NCBI RefSeq assembly: GCF_021869535.1
Contig: NW_026262723.1
Span: 14,012,001-14,076,000, forward strand
Source of the DNA: Mytilus californianus
Taxonomy: Eukaryota
Direction of reading: 5' to 3'
DNA length: 64,000 nucleotides
Positions 59,641-64,000 of the stretch are shown here, in pieces (within the stretch, counting starts at the first letter, position 1; every line of letters starts with the position of its first letter). The notes below the pieces were generated by a model. The model saw nothing but the letters and a program-made list of their open reading frames with translations, was not told where the DNA came from and searched no databases. Both the position numbers and the translations under genes were made by a program.

Positions 59641-60399
59641 AACCAGTGGTCTCGATCAGATGTGTAATATCAGACTATCTGGTAAGATAAACTATATTAA
59701 GCTTCGCATGCGATAACCGTCATAAGCAGTGGAAGAAGTATATTAACAAACTCCTTTTTAAAATATGTTCGCGCTATATGGAAGAGGTTGAACTAACATG
59801 TCCATAACAATTAATCAGAGGATTTTTGCTTATTTCCATGTAACTGCCTCTGCTTCTTCAAAAACGAACCCGTAATTTCAAAATATAATGCATTCTGGGT
59901 AATATCTTCAAAAACTTACGCCAAAACGGTAGGATAGGGCATGTACTATATAAACAATTATTACCAACAAGTCTAAATTTAAAACAACGTTCAAACCTAC
60001 GATTGCGTTGGATAAAAACCGCAATTTTTATACGTGTGCATGCAAAACAAATTTCTTGGTAGAGGGGTCTAAATACAGCACAAACAACATTTTCCAAAAG
60101 ACCAAAAAAAGTGAAAAAGTATATTTTAACAAAACGCATTTAACTAGCAGGTCGAACAACGGATGTTCTTAAACCCTGCTGACTGCCATTGGCGATTGCC
60201 AAATAAACGGATCACCAGATGTAACAAAATGGATCTTAACCATTAATTTAATACCAAACAGAAAAAAATAAACTTGCGGAACAATTATTACTATATTATA
60301 ACCATTTTATTTGCAAATAACACCCATATGGTCTAACTAACAAAAAAACACAAAATATAACACAATATTAACACAGCAGTCAAACATTTAAACGTAAAA

Positions 60400-60650
60400 C
60401 AAACACATAGTAATGTTAATGTAACTTTTGCTGGACATGGAACTCATTTTCTCTAAAGATTGCTTTAAAAAGTCACCAACTGTTGTCAAAAGTACAGATT
60501 CAGGATTTAAAAGTTGTTCAATATTGAACAGTGGTTGAGAATTTGTAAAACCAGGTTTTATATTATCGCTTTTTTTAAATAACTGATCTCTTGAAGTTGA
60601 GTTCAGTTTACAATCTAGAAAAAATCCTATTCATCATCAGCATCTTGGGG
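60400..60650 (-). pseudogene. 3' end of a LINE ORF2 (CR1/L2-like C-terminal domain)
   Basis: Minus strand FFLDCKLNSTSRDQLFKKSDNIKPGF...IEQLLNP resembles the HFLLDC-x5-R C-terminal motif of non-LTR retrotransposons. Confidence 0.45.
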
Positions 60651-62879
60651 TTAAAAAAAATGAAGCCATCATCGAAAATTTGCGCAGTTCTGTTTCGGCT
60701 GATATATTACATGCAGTATTTATTATGAATTATTTCGTAGCAAAATTTATCTTCTAAAGACAAAGTATCCAAAAATGTTAAATTGTTCATATTGTTTACC
60801 TTTCAAGTAAAGGAAAGATAACTCTGAAAGATAAGTGAAAAAGTGCAAAAATGACCAGACCTGAGATATGGATATATACATGTGTTTGATTCAAAGGATA
60901 GAATTTCTCCATCACCTAAGCTTGTTTCAATTTTTGAATTTGTGTTGACTTTTAAAAAGAGTCATGGTAGCTATTATGAGTTTTCTTCAAACTACCCTCT
61001 TGAAGTTTCGTCCTTTTCATCTGACACAAGCGTGATTGCGAGAGGCTTTAGCTGTGTATAAATATATGAGTTTATTTTGTTTTAGATATTATATGATTTT
61101 TTTTAAATTTTAACCATGATAACTCAAATGTATTGTTAAAATAGCGCAAATGTCCTATAGAAACAGCGCAAATGTCTTTTGAAAGCATAAATGTCCTGAA
61201 AGTTAAAGCTCAAATGCCATTTAAAAGGCCCAAGTGTCCTATTATAAAGCACAAACGTCCAGCGACGAAACATTATTCATAAAAAATATTTCTTTTTCTG
61301 TTTTTAATATCGTAAAAATGTGTTCAAGATTTTCATGATGAGGACATAGATTCCGACTATTTGATGAATTATTGTAATTGATATCCTAAAAACTCACGAA
61401 ATCGCGTCAGACATAGATATAAGAAGATATGTGGTATGAGTGCCAATGAGACAACTCTCCATCCAAGTCACAATTTATAAAAGTAAACCATTATATGTCA
61501 AAGTACGGTCTTCAACAAGGAGCCTTGGCTCTGCTCAAATCGCACAGCAAGCTATAAAGGGCCCCAAAAATCACTAGTGTAAAACCATTCAAACTGGAAA
61601 ACCAACATGTTAAAGGGAATAAACGAACTTATCTGACTCGTAACCCAAATTCAATCTCCTCTTTGTTGAGCGAGGAACTAATATAACTTTATATATAATA
61701 ACGGAAAGGGTGTAAATTGTAACGTTTAAGTTATTATGTGCATATCAAAATGATATTTTTAAAAATAAATGAATTGTGTTAATCTGTTAAATGAATGAGC
61801 GCAAACATAATGAAAAGCTGCGCGCAAATGTAATGATTTTTACGCGCAAATGTAATGGTTATGTGCGCAAATGCAAATACAGTTGATTAATTCAAATGGG
61901 CCAAGCATATCATCAATAAACATACGATTATCAATTCATTTCACCAAGTACGTTTATGAGATAACATCGTAGATTTCAATCTATCATCCTAATTAATCAC
62001 GGGATTTTGTAAATACTTTAATTTTTAAGGCCAAATGAAGCCCGCACCGCACCTTCTCCTTTAGAAATTCAAATATTTATTTTGAGCCTTTAAGTTAGAC
62101 AAAAGCTTGATAATGGACTACCTATGTGTTAGCAAGGCTTAGCGGTGTTAACCGAATGTGAATTCTGAAAATTTTTAAAGATCTACTAAAATTCATCATT
62201 CACAATAATTAATGTTTTGCAACAATATCTTTAAATTTAACATCACCTCCCCTCCCCCCCCCCCCCCCAAAAAAAAAACAAAAAACTTTAAAAAAAAAAC
62301 AAAAAAAAAACAATACTATTCTTCAAGCTCAATTGAAAGATCCACTTCATCACAACAGTTAAAAGGTTCTGTGCCTACATGCATACATAAAAAAAGCATT
62401 CAGTATTCCAATTGGTAATATTTGTACACCTCAACTGGTCGAAGTGTATTTGTATTCTTCATGCAAAATCTCATCAAAGATAATATTCTTTAATGTCAAA
62501 CTATACACCTTAATATCGATGGCTGAACAATGCAATCAACGGTTCACAGAAAGACAATATATTGTGCTGTGTCCAGAACAAACTCTACAGAATACCAATG
62601 CAGAAAAAAAAATATATGTTGATCTTGTTTCAAATTATGAATAGACGAAGTAATGTAAATCCTTAAAAAATAGCAGACGCAGTGCTTGAACAACGACAGA
62701 ATGATGTAAACCTTTATCAATAAGTGTTTGAAACCATAGAGAAAAAATTGGGACATTTCTTATGCATGGATCATATACTTGTCAGCTTTGTAAATGATAT
62801 AACATAATAGAGAAAATGGACCCAAAAAAATATAGTCTATATATATAAGTAATAGAACTCATTTAAAGTTTTGACCTAT

Positions 62880-63260
62880 TTGTGATATCTATATCAAGTT
62901 TCAAGTGGTGGAGTTGAAATCATACCTTCAAAAATTTACGAACGCCATCACGATGGTCGTAACCACAATCCCGTCCTCTTTTTCTTGAATGTAACCTACT
63001 TTTCGCTGGGTTTTTATTTATACGACCAACACGACGGGTGCCACATGTGGAGCAGGGTCTGCTTACCCTTCTGGAGCACATGAGATCAATCCCGGTTTTT
63101 GCGGAGTTCGTGTTACTCATTCTTCTGTTTTCTGTGTTGTGTTTTGTAGACTGTTGTTTGACTTCCGGTCGTTTTCGTTTTTTGCCATGGCATTGTCAGT
63201 TCGTTTTTTGCCATGGCATTGTCAGTTCGTTTTTCGACTTATGAGTTTGACTATCAATTT
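62880..63260 (+). repeat. 3' end and tail of a Penelope-like element
   Basis: LKSYLQK..ERHHD-like remnant followed by the tail CACGACGGGTGCCACATGTGGAGCAGG..CTGCTTACCCTT; an inverted partial copy of the tail lies at ~27740-27848. Confidence 0.55.
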
Positions 63261-63269
63261 GGTATCTAT

Positions 63270-64000
63270 ATTCCTTCTGTAAAAGTTTCTAATAATGAAA
63301 ATACTACGTTCATTGAAATCTGCGGGACGTCAATATAAACACAAGCACATCGAACCAACTTAGATTGGTACACGTCATAAGAAAGAGCAAACGGAGAAAA
63401 ATCTATATTGCTTACTGGAAATATATTGTCTAAATATCTACAGACTGATATTATTAAAAAATGTATCAAGTGGTGTTTCATAGAGTCTTTGGGAAGTTTG
63501 GACATAAACTGTGATTTATAATAGTAATTGAATAAATCTGCGATTAGAGGGGCACAGTTAGTTCCTAGAAAGGAAATTGTATCGACTGCAGTATAATATA
63601 GCTATACAAAGATTTATCGAAAGACCATTTTATTAAATAAGAAAATTTGTCTTTGAAAAGATTGTGTTGCAGTGTAGCATATGGAGTAGAAATTCAAAAT
63701 TTTCAAAGACTTCCAATGAGTTTTTTCACACCCCAGAAATAGTTTTTTAACATATATCATGACTATCATGAAACATAACCTTCGTCAGAATATTTATTCA
63801 CGAGTACCTTAACGGTTATAAGAGCTTAGTGTTAAGAAACAGTTTTCATTTTAGTCGTTGTTGAAGTGTGTTTATCATGTTTTAAATTGAAGTTGAAGGA
63901 ATGAGCGTTTTCGAAATTGTGATCGCAGTTTTGAGTACTTCAATATAGTATTTACACGCCAAACAATGACAACGTCGTTGGCTGCTTTGTTAACAAGTAC
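63270..64000 (-). pseudogene. Decayed Penelope-like reverse transcriptase core
   Basis: Minus strand, several frameshifts: KAANDVVIVW, FSTPYATLQHNLFKDKFSYLIKWSF, GTNCAPLIADLF and RYLDNIF (degenerate YxDD). Confidence 0.75.

Overview
AT-rich, repeat-dense eukaryotic genomic DNA with spliceosomal introns. The interspersed repeats resemble those I recall from mytilid bivalves (inference, not verified). Main contents: (1) an ~11.1 kb Polinton/Maverick (adintovirus-type) endogenous virus at 48136-59239. It has ~80-90 bp TIRs, protein-primed PolB, adenain protease, a Zn-ribbon/PLA2/integrase/chromodomain fusion, a truncated packaging ATPase, a frameshifted major capsid protein, a penton and several small ORFs. 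Almost every internal gene is preceded by TAAATAAATG, and both convergent gene junctions carry long hairpins, which resembles the transcription signals of viruses that depend on a large cytoplasmic DNA virus. (2) A young Gypsy-type LTR retrotransposon (6220-12085; ~99% identical 1.46-1.48 kb LTRs, tRNA-Leu PBS, PPT, ATAT TSD) with an open gag but only a decayed pol remnant. (3) A 5.6 kb non-autonomous DNA transposon (25695-31265) with CACGGTG termini and a 5-bp TSD (Transib/RAG-like signature). (4) A 2.2 kb Mutator-like non-autonomous element (3804-6038, 9-bp TSD). (5) A five-exon host gene missed by the ORF track (35927-47475, ~485 aa: signal peptide, LamG/ConA-like domain, Thr/Ala-rich linker, PAN/apple-like domain) whose first coding exon is tandemly duplicated. 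(6) Minisatellites (47, 35, 26, 26-29 and 42 bp units), SINE/HINE-like repeats and decayed Penelope-like/LINE fragments. No CRISPR array, rRNA or true tRNA gene was found. All alignments and counts were made by eye.
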